Origin: an uncultured Acidimicrobiia bacterium
GTDB taxonomy: Bacteria > Actinomycetota > Acidimicrobiia > Spongiisociales > Spongiisociaceae
Assembly (NCBI GenBank): GCA_958295745.1
Contig: OY282370.1
Coordinates: forward strand, 1,770,548-1,834,547
Direction of reading: 5' to 3'
DNA length: 64,000 nt
Below, piece by piece: positions 27,787 through 37,488 of this stretch. A program made the position numbers and the translations under genes. The notes under the pieces are model-generated. The model was not told the DNA's origin, did no database searches, and worked only from the letters and a program-made list of their open reading frames with translations. Each line of letters begins with the position of its first letter. Position 1 is the stretch's first letter.

Positions 27787-28869
27787 ATGCGGGCGTTGCT
27801 GGTAACCAACGACTACCCCCCCAAGGCGGGAGGAATCCAGCAATATCTGTCGAACCTGGTGGGCTGTTCCGAGGCCCGTTTCCGGGTGCTGGCGCCGGAC
27901 CACCCCGGAGCGCCGTCCGACCCTGATGTGGTGCGCGGTCCGGCCTCATTCATGCTGCCCACCCCCCGGATCTACCGCTGGTTGACCGGCCAGATCAGGG
28001 ACTTCGAGCCGGAGGTGGTGGTGTTCGGAGCGCCCCATCCGCTCGCCCAGCTCGGACCGAGGCTCGCCCGGAGGTTCGGGGTTCCCTATGCGGTGATAGC
28101 GCACGGGGCGGAGGTGACCCTGCCCAGTGCGGTTCCGATCCTGCGCCAGATACTGGGCCGGACCTTCCGCAGCGCCTCGCTGGTGTTCACGGTGTCGGCT
28201 TACACCGCCCGCAAGGCGGCGGCGATGGGGGCGGCGAAGGTCTCGGTGCTGGGCGCAGGGGTGGATCTCGAGGAGTTCCGCCCCGCGGAGCTCACGGCAG
28301 GCCGGAGGGGAGGCGGGGAAAGGCTCGTGCTGGGGTGTATCTCCCGGTTCGTTCCCCGCAAGGGCCACCGGCGGGTGCTGGCGGCCGCCGAGCGGCTCCG
28401 GGAAGAAGGGCTGCCGGTGGAGGTGCTGCTGGCAGGCCAGGGCCGCCTCGAAGCCCGCATCAGGCGGCGGGCGGCCCGGTCGCCGGTTCCGGTGCGGGTG
28501 GAGTCGGACGTACCGTGGGGGCGGCTCCCGGATCTGTATCGGTTCTGTCACATCTTCGTGATGCCGGCCCGCTCCCGCCGGTTGGGTCTGGAGGTGGAGG
28601 GCCTGGGCATCGTGTACCTGGAGGCTTCGGCCACCGGGATACCGGTGGTGGCCGGAACGTCCGGAGGCGCCCCCGAGACGGTGGTCCCGGACGTGACGGG
28701 TTACATAGCCGCGTCGGTGGATGAGATTGTCGAGGCGGTGCGCCTGATCGCCCCCCGCCGGGAAGAGATGGGGGCGGCGGCCCGGGCCAGGGCGTTGGCT
28801 CTCTACTCGTGGAAGGCGGCGGCCGGACGCTTCGACGAAGGCCTGGCCGGGGTGGTCGGAGGCGGCTGA
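27787..28869 (+). CDS. GT4 family glycosyltransferase (PimA/MshA-like)
   Basis: MRALLVTNDYPPKAGGIQQYLSNLV..; C-terminal ..GLGIVYLEASATGIPVVAGTSGGAPETVVPDVTGY.. (EX7E-type GT-B motif). Confidence 0.7.
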   Translation: MRALLVTNDYPPKAGGIQQYLSNLVGCSEARFRVLAPDHPGAPSDPDVVRGPASFMLPTPRIYRWLTGQIRDFEPEVVVFGAPHPLAQLGPRLARRFGVPYAVIAHGAEVTLPSAVPILRQILGRTFRSASLVFTVSAYTARKAAAMGAAKVSVLGAGVDLEEFRPAELTAGRRGGGERLVLGCISRFVPRKGHRRVLAAAERLREEGLPVEVLLAGQGRLEARIRRRAARSPVPVRVESDVPWGRLPDLYRFCHIFVMPARSRRLGLEVEGLGIVYLEASATGIPVVAGTSGGAPETVVPDVTGYIAASVDEIVEAVRLIAPRREEMGAAARARALALYSWKAAAGRFDEGLAGVVGGG

Positions 28870-28919
28870 ACCCGGTTACCCTGGGATGCCGCAAGGGACG
28901 ATTTCCGAGGAGGAAGCTG

Positions 28920-29885
28920 ATGCGTGCAATCGTGGTCCGCCGGTTGGGCGGCCCCGAGGTGCTGGTGGCCGAAGAGGTGGACGAACCGGTTCCGGGGCCG
29001 GGAGAGGCCGTGGTCGAGGTGGCGGCGGCCGGCCTCAACTTCATAGACACCTATCACCGGAGCGGCCTCTACCCGGTCGGTTTGCCATTCACTCCGGGGC
29101 TGGAAGCGTCCGGGACGGTGGTTGCGGCGGGTTCGGAGGTCACCTGTGCGGCGGAGGGGGACCGGGTGGCCTTCTGCACGTCCCTCGGCGCCTATGCGGA
29201 GCGGACGGTCGTGCCGGCCGACCGGCTGGTTCCGGTTCCCGGCGGCATTTCCCTGGACAACGCGGCGGCGGTCATGCTGCAGGGCCTCACCGCCCACTAT
29301 CTGGCGACGGATACCTACCCGCTGGACAGCGGATCGACCTGCCTGGTTCACGCCGGCGCGGGCGGGGTGGGCCTGCTTCTCACCCAGATGGCCAAGCGGT
29401 TGGGGGCCGTCGTCTACACCACCGTGGGAACCGATGCCAAGGCGGAGATCTCAGAGGCCGCCGGGGCCGATCATGTGATCGTCTACAGCCGGGAGGACTT
29501 CGCCGAACGGGTGCGGGAGATCGGGGGTGAGCGGCCTTTCGACGTGATATACGACGGGGTGGGGAAGGCTACCGTACCGGCCGGATTCGGACTGCTCCGG
29601 CGGCGGGGCACGATGGCCGCCTTCGGGAACGCGTCCGGTGCGGTGGAACCGGTCGATCCATTGGTGCTCAGCTCCCACGGTTCCCTGTTCTTCACCCGGC
29701 CCACCCTGTTCGACCATGTAGCGGCCAGGTCCGAGCTCCTGGCCCGGTCCGCGCAGCTCTTCGAATGGATGCGGGACGGCTTGTCGGTGCGGATCGGCGC
29801 CCGCTTCCCCCTCGGGGAGGTTCAGGAGGCTCACCGGGCGTTGGAGGGCCGGAAAACCACCGGCAAGGTGCTCATCCGGCCATAG
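28920..29885 (+). CDS. qor: NADPH:quinone oxidoreductase / zinc-type alcohol dehydrogenase-like (MDR) family
   Basis: MRAIVVRRLGGPEVLVAEEVDEPVPGPGEAVVEVAAAGLNFIDTYHRSGLYPV...LVHAGAGGVGLLLTQMAKRLGAVVYTTV..; [10 protein letters not shown] upstream. Confidence 0.75.
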   Translation: MRAIVVRRLGGPEVLVAEEVDEPVPGPGEAVVEVAAAGLNFIDTYHRSGLYPVGLPFTPGLEASGTVVAAGSEVTCAAEGDRVAFCTSLGAYAERTVVPADRLVPVPGGISLDNAAAVMLQGLTAHYLATDTYPLDSGSTCLVHAGAGGVGLLLTQMAKRLGAVVYTTVGTDAKAEISEAAGADHVIVYSREDFAERVREIGGERPFDVIYDGVGKATVPAGFGLLRRRGTMAAFGNASGAVEPVDPLVLSSHGSLFFTRPTLFDHVAARSELLARSAQLFEWMRDGLSVRIGARFPLGEVQEAHRALEGRKTTGKVLIRP

Positions 29886-30070
29886 ACATAGTAAAACAGC
29901 GCCGCCCGCGGGGGGTCGGATCCGGCTCGGACGGATCGGGTTCGGAGCTTCTTTCCCCGGCGTCTGGGGTTCCGGCGGACCGGCGCGGATGACATGCGGA
30001 GAGTATCCTGAGCGGCGAACATGACATCGGATTACACATCCTGCCTTCCTGATTCCCGGCGGCGTATGTA

Positions 30071-31477
30071 GTGCTTGGTCGGTGGGTCTCTTCGTCCATC
30101 CGGCGGCGCCGGGCCGGATATGTCCTCGTCGGATTCGTCCTGGCCTTCTCGGCCGCCGGTTGTTCGGTGGGTGACGGCTCTTCGGCGTTTTTGCTCCCGC
30201 CGTCCACGGCGCCTGCTTCGTCTGACGTTGCGCCGCCCCCCTCCGATGTATCTGCTGTTTCTTCATCCGCCGGCACGGCCGCGGCGGAGGCCGTAGAGCC
30301 GGGCGCGGCCGATGGAGAAAGCGGGGGCGCCCAAGATGATCCCGCCCCGAATGGAAGGGCAGGAGACCCCGCCGAAGTGCGGGATGGGGGGAGCGGGGGC
30401 GCCCAGGATGATCCCGCCGCCCCCCTCGATGAATCCGACCAGACCCGGTCCGGCCCCGCCGCCCCGGAGGAGGACGACTCGCAGGACATCGATGGGGAAG
30501 CCGAAGGGTCGGCCGCCGCGGCAACCCAGGACGGGGGCGGCTCGACGGCGCCGCCGGTGGAAGCCCCTCGGCCCTCAGAGTTTCAGGTTTTCTACCCCGA
30601 TGTCCATATCGACATCGACTACGAGAGCGAGGAGGCCAGGGCCTCGGTGTCGGGTTCCCTCGCCCCCCATCATCGGCAGGTCTACATCGTGGAGGCCTCC
30701 GCCGGGCAGGAGTTCAGGGCAGAGCTCGAAGCGCCGTCCGGGGTGTGGCTCGACGTTCGGAAGGGCGATCAGGTGTTGCTGTCGGATATCGAGCGCCCCC
30801 GGCTGGTGGAAGGGCCGCTGCCCGCCGACGGCGCCTGGCGGGTGAGCGTGGTGTCCACCAGCAGCGAGACCGCCCACTACACGCTGGCGGTGGAGATGAT
30901 GCCTCCCCGTCCGGTCGTGTACCTCACGTTCGACGACGGGCCCCATCCCACCCATACGCCGGAGGTGCTCGACCTTCTCGGCCGTTACGACGCCAGGGCT
31001 ACCTTCTTCGTGCTCGGCAGGCTGGCCGAGCGTTACCCCGAGCTGGTGCAGCGCATCGATGACGAGGGCCACACGCTGGCCAACCACACCTGGAACCACG
31101 AAAACCTGGACGGCATGTCCCGGTCGGCGTTCGATGACACCATTTCCCGGACGCAGGAGGTGCTCGGCGACCGGGCCGCCCCGTGTCTGCGCCCTCCTTA
31201 CGGCGCCCTCGATAGAAATACCCGCGGATGGGCCGCCGGACATGGGTTGGATGTGATCATGTGGGACGTCAGCGGCGCCGACTGGCTCGACATCACGGCC
31301 ACAGAAATCGCCGGGCGGGTGTTGAATAGGGTGGCCGACGGGTCGATCGTGTTGCTCCACGACGGCGGGGGCAACCGTTCCCGGACGGTTCGGGCTTTGG
31401 AGATGATCCTCGAAGGACTGTCCGAGCGGAGGATGCGCTCCGAACCGGTCTGCCTCCCGACATCAGAGGTTCCGTGA
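30071..31477 (+). CDS. secreted/lipoprotein polysaccharide deacetylase (NodB-domain) with acidic low-complexity linker
   Basis: N-terminal TM/lipobox ..AFSAAGCSV..; Asp/Glu/Gly/Ala-rich spacer with an internal ~60-bp direct repeat (GGAQDDPA.. x2); C-terminal VVYLTFDDGPHPTHTPEVLDLL..TFFVLGR..GHTLANHTWNH..IVLLHDGGG. Confidence 0.7.
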   Translation: MLGRWVSSSIRRRRAGYVLVGFVLAFSAAGCSVGDGSSAFLLPPSTAPASSDVAPPPSDVSAVSSSAGTAAAEAVEPGAADGESGGAQDDPAPNGRAGDPAEVRDGGSGGAQDDPAAPLDESDQTRSGPAAPEEDDSQDIDGEAEGSAAAATQDGGGSTAPPVEAPRPSEFQVFYPDVHIDIDYESEEARASVSGSLAPHHRQVYIVEASAGQEFRAELEAPSGVWLDVRKGDQVLLSDIERPRLVEGPLPADGAWRVSVVSTSSETAHYTLAVEMMPPRPVVYLTFDDGPHPTHTPEVLDLLGRYDARATFFVLGRLAERYPELVQRIDDEGHTLANHTWNHENLDGMSRSAFDDTISRTQEVLGDRAAPCLRPPYGALDRNTRGWAAGHGLDVIMWDVSGADWLDITATEIAGRVLNRVADGSIVLLHDGGGNRSRTVRALEMILEGLSERRMRSEPVCLPTSEVP

Positions 31478-31818
31478 AGTTCGATTCTCTTTCCGAGGCC
31501 GAAGCCCACGCCGTCCAGTGGATGGCTGAACTGAGGTCCAGAAGCGACTACGAATGGGAGTGGGATACGCCCGCCGCTCTGGTCTGTGAACCGGTACCCG
31601 GTTTTCCTTGTCGGGTGATGGTGTTGACACCCCCGGATGGGGATAGGTTTCTCTCTCGCCTCGCCTTCACTGCCGGGATCAAGTACGAGGGCAGGTATTG
31701 GCAGGGACTCATAGAAGACGAGGAAGGCTTACTTTCCGGAGCAGCTCTGTCCGAGACGGACGCCATCATCGGGGTGCTCGTTACAGCCTCGCAGACATCG
31801 CTTCCTGTCTATACATGA
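31474..31818 (+). CDS. hypothetical protein (114 aa), start overlaps deacetylase stop
   Basis: GTG at 31474 overlaps TGA (gTGAag). MKFDSLSEAEAHAVQWMAELRSRSDYEWEWDTPAALVCEP.. Region is ~57% GC, below the window average. Confidence 0.35.
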   Translation: MKFDSLSEAEAHAVQWMAELRSRSDYEWEWDTPAALVCEPVPGFPCRVMVLTPPDGDRFLSRLAFTAGIKYEGRYWQGLIEDEEGLLSGAALSETDAIIGVLVTASQTSLPVYT

Positions 31819-31825
31819 TCCCCTT

Positions 31826-32329
31826 ATGAGCATTCTCTACAGGTCCAGGTTCAATGCCGACACTATAGGTTCTGTGATGATTGAGATCGGTGATCTGCTC
31901 GAGGGGCGAGTGGACAACAAGCGACAACTTCTCAACGCCGTGAGAGAACTCGCGGACAACTCCCTATATCATTCAGGAGAGGGCGGTGGATGGTGCTCGG
32001 TCGAGACGATCGACAACCAACTGGCGATAACTGTCCAAGACCGGGGTGAGGGGATACACCAGAGCCTACGTAGGTTGTATGCGGATATCGACGAGAGGCA
32101 GGCTTTACGGTTCGCGTTCGGGGGCGGTGTTTCCGTTACGGGCGACCCTGTTCGCGGGCTGGGCCTGAAGTTGGTGCTGGACTATACGCAGAAGGGAGCA
32201 ACTCTCTTGCTGGAGACCGGCGGGGTGGCGTTCGTAGGCATCGACGGGAAGGGACAAGTGATCGGCAAGAGCACGCAGCGAGTCGAGGGTGTGGTAGCGA
32301 CGCTCTGCCTACCTTTTCCCTGTTGTTAG
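31826..32329 (+). CDS. GHKL-superfamily ATPase (HATPase_c; anti-sigma-factor/RsbW-like serine kinase fold)
   Basis: 167 aa, ..NAVRELADNSLYHSGEGGGWCSVE..LAITVQDRGEGIHQ...GLGLKLVLDY.. (N, G1 and G2-like boxes). ~55% GC. Starts 8 bp after the preceding small ORF. Confidence 0.55.
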   Translation: MSILYRSRFNADTIGSVMIEIGDLLEGRVDNKRQLLNAVRELADNSLYHSGEGGGWCSVETIDNQLAITVQDRGEGIHQSLRRLYADIDERQALRFAFGGGVSVTGDPVRGLGLKLVLDYTQKGATLLLETGGVAFVGIDGKGQVIGKSTQRVEGVVATLCLPFPCC

Positions 32330-32441
32330 GATAGATGCTGAACCAACTTCCGGGAGGGGTGAACTTACCCGTTGCTGTGTATCCGATTTCGACCTTCTGG
32401 TACGCAGGTGCGCCCGAACCGCGCAAACGGGCGGATAGTCC

Positions 32442-33137
32442 CTAACTATTGCAAGGAACTTTGAGGGCCTCCCCTGTATATTGCCATTGGCTTGAACTGG
32501 CTACCTGAGAATAAAGTGTTGCTTTTGCATCAAGCTTACACTTATTACACTTAGTCCAGTGCGTTTCATCTCTTTCTCTCAAGGTTCTTATACTTTCCCA
32601 AGGCGCAAGTTTATGGCCGTGTTTCTCGGCCAGATATGTTGCCAGTTCTCGCCCTTCAGGCGGCAATGGTTTGGGTAGCTTGGGGGCAGGTTTCTTAGCA
32701 GTATCAGGACGCGGGATTCGTATTGCCCTTACCCTTTTACCTTTATGTGGTTCTGTGCTCGGAGTATCGGAAGACGGTATCTCTGGTTCCGCTTGCAGTT
32801 CTGGCTTCTCTTCAGTCGGAGTTGGTTGAGGAGTTGCCGGCTGATATTCCGGGCTGATAGGAGCAGTTGTTTCTGTAGTTGTCGGTGGGTCGGGTATTTG
32901 TTCTGTAGTGCCAGAAGGACGCGGAGCAGTAGCCTCCGTCCTTCGTTCTGTTGCTCTTTTACGGACTCTTGAGATAAAGCCGCCTCTTCGACGGCGTTGG
33001 GGTTTGGGCTTATCCTCTACTGTAGATTTTGCAATAGTACGTCTGTGTCTTCTTTTTCCGCGTTTCGTCGCCACCTCCTTGGGTGTAGGGATATAATAGT
33101 CATCGTCGGCCTGATGTCTGTCATCCGTCATGCCCAT
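32442..33137 (-). CDS. hypothetical basic/Pro-Thr-rich protein with C-terminal Cys cluster; translationally coupled to upstream Hsp70-like gene
   Basis: 231 aa. MGMTDDRHQADDDYYIPTPKEVATKRGKRRHRR..; PT-rich middle; C-terminus ..HWTKCNKCKLDAKATLYSQVASSSQWQYTGEALKVPCNS. Its ATG overlaps the Hsp70-like stop (atgggcATGAcgg). Low-GC coding DNA argues for a genuine gene. Confidence 0.45.
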   Translation of the reverse strand: MGMTDDRHQADDDYYIPTPKEVATKRGKRRHRRTIAKSTVEDKPKPQRRRRGGFISRVRKRATERRTEATAPRPSGTTEQIPDPPTTTETTAPISPEYQPATPQPTPTEEKPELQAEPEIPSSDTPSTEPHKGKRVRAIRIPRPDTAKKPAPKLPKPLPPEGRELATYLAEKHGHKLAPWESIRTLRERDETHWTKCNKCKLDAKATLYSQVASSSQWQYTGEALKVPCNS

Positions 33138-34477
33138 ATCTCCTGCGCGTATACACCGAGACCATAGGCTACCGACAGGAAGGTGTCCCTGCTACGGACT
33201 ATCTCAGGCCCAAACATGCTGTACAGCATTTGTGTAAAGGCAGGGATACTTGACGAACCCCCGGTGCGTATAACTTGGTTCACCTCCCGAGATGTTACCC
33301 CAGCTTCTTCCAAGGCCCTGAGAATGGTTTCCTTCACTATTTCCAGGTGACGGCTGATCCATTGGTTGAATTCATCACGATGTATAGATATTCGGAAGGT
33401 AAGCTCGGAAGAGTAGGGAGAATTGTATTCTATGTGTGTAGACTTATCGGCCGAAAGGGATATCTTGGCATCTTCGATGGCCGAGTAGAAGCGGCCTGCC
33501 TGCCCGCCATAGATCACATCATCGAGTAACTGCCCCGCGCGAGGATTGGCCTTTTTGATATCTGTAACAATCCCTATTGTTTCTGAATCGGTCAAAAGAT
33601 GCTTGAAACCACCAAGATTACGAAGGCGTCCTTTGAACCAAGCCGGGACAGGTAGTTGTTTGGTCCCCAGTTTGCTGTCCAGGCCAAAGTATATAGCTAG
33701 TTTGTTATCGAATATCAAAGCATCGAACATCGATCCGCCTACTGTTGCTCCTTGCATGGACAACACGTCGCCTTCGCCGTCTCGTACCTCGACGACAGCC
33801 GTATCGAAGGTCCCGCCGCCAAAGTCTACGGTGATCGTTATTCCATCTTCTAAAACCTCGTCCAGCACTGCGGCGGCGGGCTCAGGATACATTTCTACCT
33901 CTTCGAACCCGGCGCGTTCTGATGCTTGTATCAAGTGTTGTATAGCTCGTTCGTTCAGTTCTTCGGCTGCAGGGCCGACTGCGCCTACGAAGGCCACCGG
34001 GTAACCGAGCACCACCTTTTCGACTTCATATCCGGGGTGTCTGGAAGATGCTCGTTCCTTGAGATCCTGCATGACTACGGATGCGAGATCGGCCAGTTCG
34101 TAGTCTCTAGCCCAAGAGTGGGTGTGGGAGATATCCGAAGTTAGCTCCGTCTTCAAGTCCGAGATCAGTCGAGAATCTAGGCAACCCTTTCCTTGACTAT
34201 ATTGACGACAATCGGTAATGGCTTCACCACGATATATCTGAACGAGGTCACAACTGCTACAGACGGTTCGCTGATTACCGAATCTCGTGAACCGATCAAG
34301 TGCCTCCTTGCCGGCGGAACTGTCGCCGCTCCGATGGAGATAGACCATAGAGGGTAAACACGCCGGTGTCTGGGAACCGGGATAGACAGGCAATGTCTCA
34401 ACGCGATCCTCGTAGGCTATGGCGAGCGAGCTGTTGGTCGTCCCGAAGTCGATACCGTAGGCGATGGGATCTGTCAT
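33128..34477 (-). CDS. Hsp70-family actin-like ATPase, NBD-only (YegD-like)
   Basis: 449 aa. MTDPIAYGIDFGTTNSSLAIAY.. (phosphate-1), ..ITVDFGGGTFDTAVVEV.. (phosphate-2), ..VIRTGGSSSIPAFTQML.. (adenosine motif). No substrate-binding domain. Low GC. Start overlaps the SNF2 stop. Confidence 0.7.
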   Translation of the reverse strand: MTDPIAYGIDFGTTNSSLAIAYEDRVETLPVYPGSQTPACLPSMVYLHRSGDSSAGKEALDRFTRFGNQRTVCSSCDLVQIYRGEAITDCRQYSQGKGCLDSRLISDLKTELTSDISHTHSWARDYELADLASVVMQDLKERASSRHPGYEVEKVVLGYPVAFVGAVGPAAEELNERAIQHLIQASERAGFEEVEMYPEPAAAVLDEVLEDGITITVDFGGGTFDTAVVEVRDGEGDVLSMQGATVGGSMFDALIFDNKLAIYFGLDSKLGTKQLPVPAWFKGRLRNLGGFKHLLTDSETIGIVTDIKKANPRAGQLLDDVIYGGQAGRFYSAIEDAKISLSADKSTHIEYNSPYSSELTFRISIHRDEFNQWISRHLEIVKETILRALEEAGVTSREVNQVIRTGGSSSIPAFTQMLYSMFGPEIVRSRDTFLSVAYGLGVYAQEIWA

Positions 34478-37400
34478 GGGCCTTTCACCAATCCTGCCGA
34501 CAGCACTTTTACCGAAAGGCCGAACGGCTTGGCTTCAATGTCCTTCTTGGTAGCTTCGTGGTCAGATTCAAGGTCGTCCAATCGCTCTTTGCGTCTCTTC
34601 AGTAGACCTCGCCGGGCTGGAAGAACGCGCCGCTCTTCATCTGTTCCATACTGCTCCAAGGAGCTTATCAGTTCTTGCTCGGCGTTTATCTCTCGTTCCA
34701 ATCTGGCCCTCTTGTATTCGAAGATGCGGGTCTCCCTGTCGAGATCACTTTGCTTCCACAAGCTGTTGCGATGGCCAGCCTCTTGTCTGTATTTCGTGTA
34801 AGTATCTGGGACGGCTTTTAGGCTGACCTCCACGGCCCGCGACAACCAAGCCGGTGGTTTTTCCAATTTGAGATCTGTCCCGATCCGAGGCATGGACTTG
34901 ACTCGCTGCTCTTCGAGCATACCATCTTCTCCTACGAGGTGGCGTATGATAACACCGAACGGTGGATTTCCTTGTGTAGCCAGCTCATAGTATATCTCCA
35001 AGTATACATCTCTGCCGAAATCGTCTACGACCCGAAAAGAGGTCCATGTTGGAGGATTAGCCTCTATCGTTATATTCATGATAGAATCGATCAAAGGATT
35101 GCCCAAGGCTAGAAAGGGTAGGTTTTCGTTCTCTAAAGCAGTCTGTGGATCAAAGATACCCCTATATGTTTTTTTACCGCCCTTCAACCTTTTTATCAAT
35201 TTATCAGGGAGCTGAATTATTTCCCCTGCTTCTTTATGATTACTGAGCCATCCTCCAAAAAACTTTAGAGATATATCTATGTGAGCTTTGAGGTCATCCG
35301 GGGTAGCCATCCGGTCATCTTCAATTATCTTGTTTGCTATATCATGCCGGAAGCTGGCTCGGTCCATAACAAAGTTTTGCCAGGTGCGTTCGGTGATTCG
35401 AGCCTGGGAGATTTTCTTTTCTATGTCCTCTATGTATTCCTCGAAGGCCTCGTCGTCTCGGGTCAATATCAAGCGTTCGATATCCTTTTCAACCTCCCCC
35501 AGAATCGGTTCAAGCGAACCGACCGATTGTTCGAACAGTCCGATTCGTTTATCTAGCACATCCAGTATGCGTTCCTCTATTGTTCCTTGGCATGCCAGAT
35601 TGTAGATGTGAACATCTGACTTTTGTCCTATACGATCAAGTCGTCCGATGCGCTGTTCGATCTTCATGGGGTTCCATGGTAAATCGTAGTTGAACATGGT
35701 ACTCGAGAATTGAAAGTTGCGTCCCTCACCTCCTGCCTCGGTTGTTATGAGGATCTGACTGCGAGTGCGAAATGTTTGAACGGCGTTTTCTTTGGCGTCC
35801 AGGTTCATATTGCCGTTGAACATTACGACGTCATATCCGTTCAATTCTAGTGTTTGACGCAAGAACTCTTGAGTATCTATATATTGAGTAAAGATTAGAA
35901 TCTTTTGTTCGGATACATCTCGCATAGCGCGTAAGAGTACCTGTGCCTTGGAATCCCTGAGGTTCTCAAGCCTATCGACTAAGCCTTTGAGTTCCTGGAT
36001 CTCGTTCTGAGTATCTTCGAGTTCGATGATCCTTCTGAAGCCATCGCTCCAAGTATACAGGTCGATTAGACTCATAGGGTCTTCTGCCTCGCGAGCGTCT
36101 TCCAAAACATCGGGGTCATATATTTTGTCCTTGGATGTCCCATCCTCAATCGTCTGATCATCTATCCTTGCTTCGAGCCTTTCGATTCGCCGATTGAAAC
36201 CCTCGTACAGAGCATATGAACTCGATGCCAAAAGCTTTTGATATGTAACCATGGCAAATCCTACTGCTCGTTGTTTGTTTTGAAGGGCGCGATTATATCC
36301 GCGAACTATATAATCGGTAATGTCTTCGTACAATTGAGATTCTTCTTCGGTTAGATTGACTGGATATATCTTTGCTACACGGTTGGTAAAACCTCCTACT
36401 GTTGCCTTGCGGTTTCTGATCAGAATATCTGCGAAAGGATGCTCTCTGATTATTTGGCCTTCGGCTTCTGAACGTCCTATGTATTCATCTAGGTCGTAAC
36501 TCGGAAGTAGCTTTCTTAGATCCTTTTGCTCTCGGGAATCTAATTCGTCCCATCTCAAAATTTCCTGCATTATACTGTTCAGTACCGGGATATGGTCGAT
36601 CTGGTCTTCGTAATCTTCGAATGAATAAAGGCCGGGTTCGACCAGCTCGATCAACGAATACAATTCGTAGGGATGGAGCTGCATAGGTGTAGCGGTGAGA
36701 AGCAATAGACCGTATTGTTCCTTCAGCTGGTCAGCCAGTCTATAGGCGCGTGTGGTGTCCGTTTTTTTGCCAATCTTATGCCGCCGCAGTCGGTGGGCTT
36801 CGTCGAAGACCACCAAATCCCATCCGGCCTCCGTTATGGATTCGGTGTGCTTTTCCTTGCGTGCGAATTCCAACGAGCAGATCACGTTGTCTCGTTTCTT
36901 CCACGGATTGCCGCCGTCCCTCGACAAGAACTTGACCCCCGCACCGTCGATGACCTCGAAGTCTTCGTTGAATTTGGAACTCAGCTCCTGCCGCCATTGC
37001 TGGGTAAGAGAAGCGGGCGTGATTACGAGCACCCGCTTGATCAGGCCGCGCGCCCGCAGTTCCTTGATGACCAGTCCGGCCTCGATCGTCTTGCCCAGCC
37101 CTACTTCGTCGGCCAGGATCATGCGCGGGCGAGGATTCTTCGACACCACCCGGTTGGCTGCATAGATCTGATGAAGAGCGGGTTCGATCCGGGCGTTGGA
37201 CAGCCCGGCGCAGGGATCGTAACGGTAGGCATGTTGCAGGTAGAGCGCCTGAAGGCGAAGGCCGTACGGCTCGGCGCGCCCGATCACACCCCTTAGGAGA
37301 TCGTCTCGGGGGTCCTCGAAGATCAATTCCAGCTCAGATACGTCAATATATTGAATACTGTTAGGGAATGAAACTTTAGCTAAATCACCTTCAATATTCC

Positions 37401-37488
37401 TTATAATTCCTCTTTCGTCGTTCGCGGTCCATCTAACTCGGTCTCCCGGTTTGAGCGAGCGTTCGCCTCTGGAAGGGTGAGATGACAT
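34474..37488 (-). CDS. SNF2/RAD54-family helicase-like ATPase with small N-terminal beta-rich domain and ~400-aa C-terminal extension of unknown function
   Basis: ORF 34474..37989 (-). Likely start MSSHPSRGERSLKPGDRVRWTANDERGII.. (ATG rc ~37486-37488). Motifs ..ILADEVGLGKTIEAGLVIKEL.. (I), ..WDLVVFDEAHRLR.. (II), ..LLLTATPMQLHPYELYSLIEL.. (III), ..ILIFTQY..VVMFNGNMN.., ..ILITTEAGGEGRNFQ.., ..DLPWNPMKIEQRIGRLDRIGQ.. (VI). GC ~40-45%. Confidence 0.8.
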   Translation of the reverse strand: MSSHPSRGERSLKPGDRVRWTANDERGIIRNIEGDLAKVSFPNSIQYIDVSELELIFEDPRDDLLRGVIGRAEPYGLRLQALYLQHAYRYDPCAGLSNARIEPALHQIYAANRVVSKNPRPRMILADEVGLGKTIEAGLVIKELRARGLIKRVLVITPASLTQQWRQELSSKFNEDFEVIDGAGVKFLSRDGGNPWKKRDNVICSLEFARKEKHTESITEAGWDLVVFDEAHRLRRHKIGKKTDTTRAYRLADQLKEQYGLLLLTATPMQLHPYELYSLIELVEPGLYSFEDYEDQIDHIPVLNSIMQEILRWDELDSREQKDLRKLLPSYDLDEYIGRSEAEGQIIREHPFADILIRNRKATVGGFTNRVAKIYPVNLTEEESQLYEDITDYIVRGYNRALQNKQRAVGFAMVTYQKLLASSSYALYEGFNRRIERLEARIDDQTIEDGTSKDKIYDPDVLEDAREAEDPMSLIDLYTWSDGFRRIIELEDTQNEIQELKGLVDRLENLRDSKAQVLLRAMRDVSEQKILIFTQYIDTQEFLRQTLELNGYDVVMFNGNMNLDAKENAVQTFRTRSQILITTEAGGEGRNFQFSSTMFNYDLPWNPMKIEQRIGRLDRIGQKSDVHIYNLACQGTIEERILDVLDKRIGLFEQSVGSLEPILGEVEKDIERLILTRDDEAFEEYIEDIEKKISQARITERTWQNFVMDRASFRHDIANKIIEDDRMATPDDLKAHIDISLKFFGGWLSNHKEAGEIIQLPDKLIKRLKGGKKTYRGIFDPQTALENENLPFLALGNPLIDSIMNITIEANPPTWTSFRVVDDFGRDVYLEIYYELATQGNPPFGVIIRHLVGEDGMLEEQRVKSMPRIGTDLKLEKPPAWLSRAVEVSLKAVPDTYTKYRQEAGHRNSLWKQSDLDRETRIFEYKRARLEREINAEQELISSLEQYGTDEERRVLPARRGLLKRRKERLDDLESDHEATKKDIEAKPFGLSVKVLSAGLVKGP

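Noticed and set aside
24308-27949. 1213-aa ORF antisense to hppA and the phosphatase gene, and similar long Arg/Pro/Gly-rich antisense ORFs (e.g. 5876..7063, 1772..2686, 6441..7727, 8817..10214, 20635..22071, 22087..24303, 15331..16587, 58864..61194)
   Set aside because: Low-complexity RPGA-rich translations with no domain signatures, lying opposite well-supported genes. They are the typical stop-codon-poor antisense frames of ~70% GC DNA.
29886-30070. possible rho-independent terminator or riboswitch between qor and the deacetylase gene
   Set aside because: No clean GC-rich hairpin followed by a T-run could be traced. The sequence is simply GC-rich intergenic.
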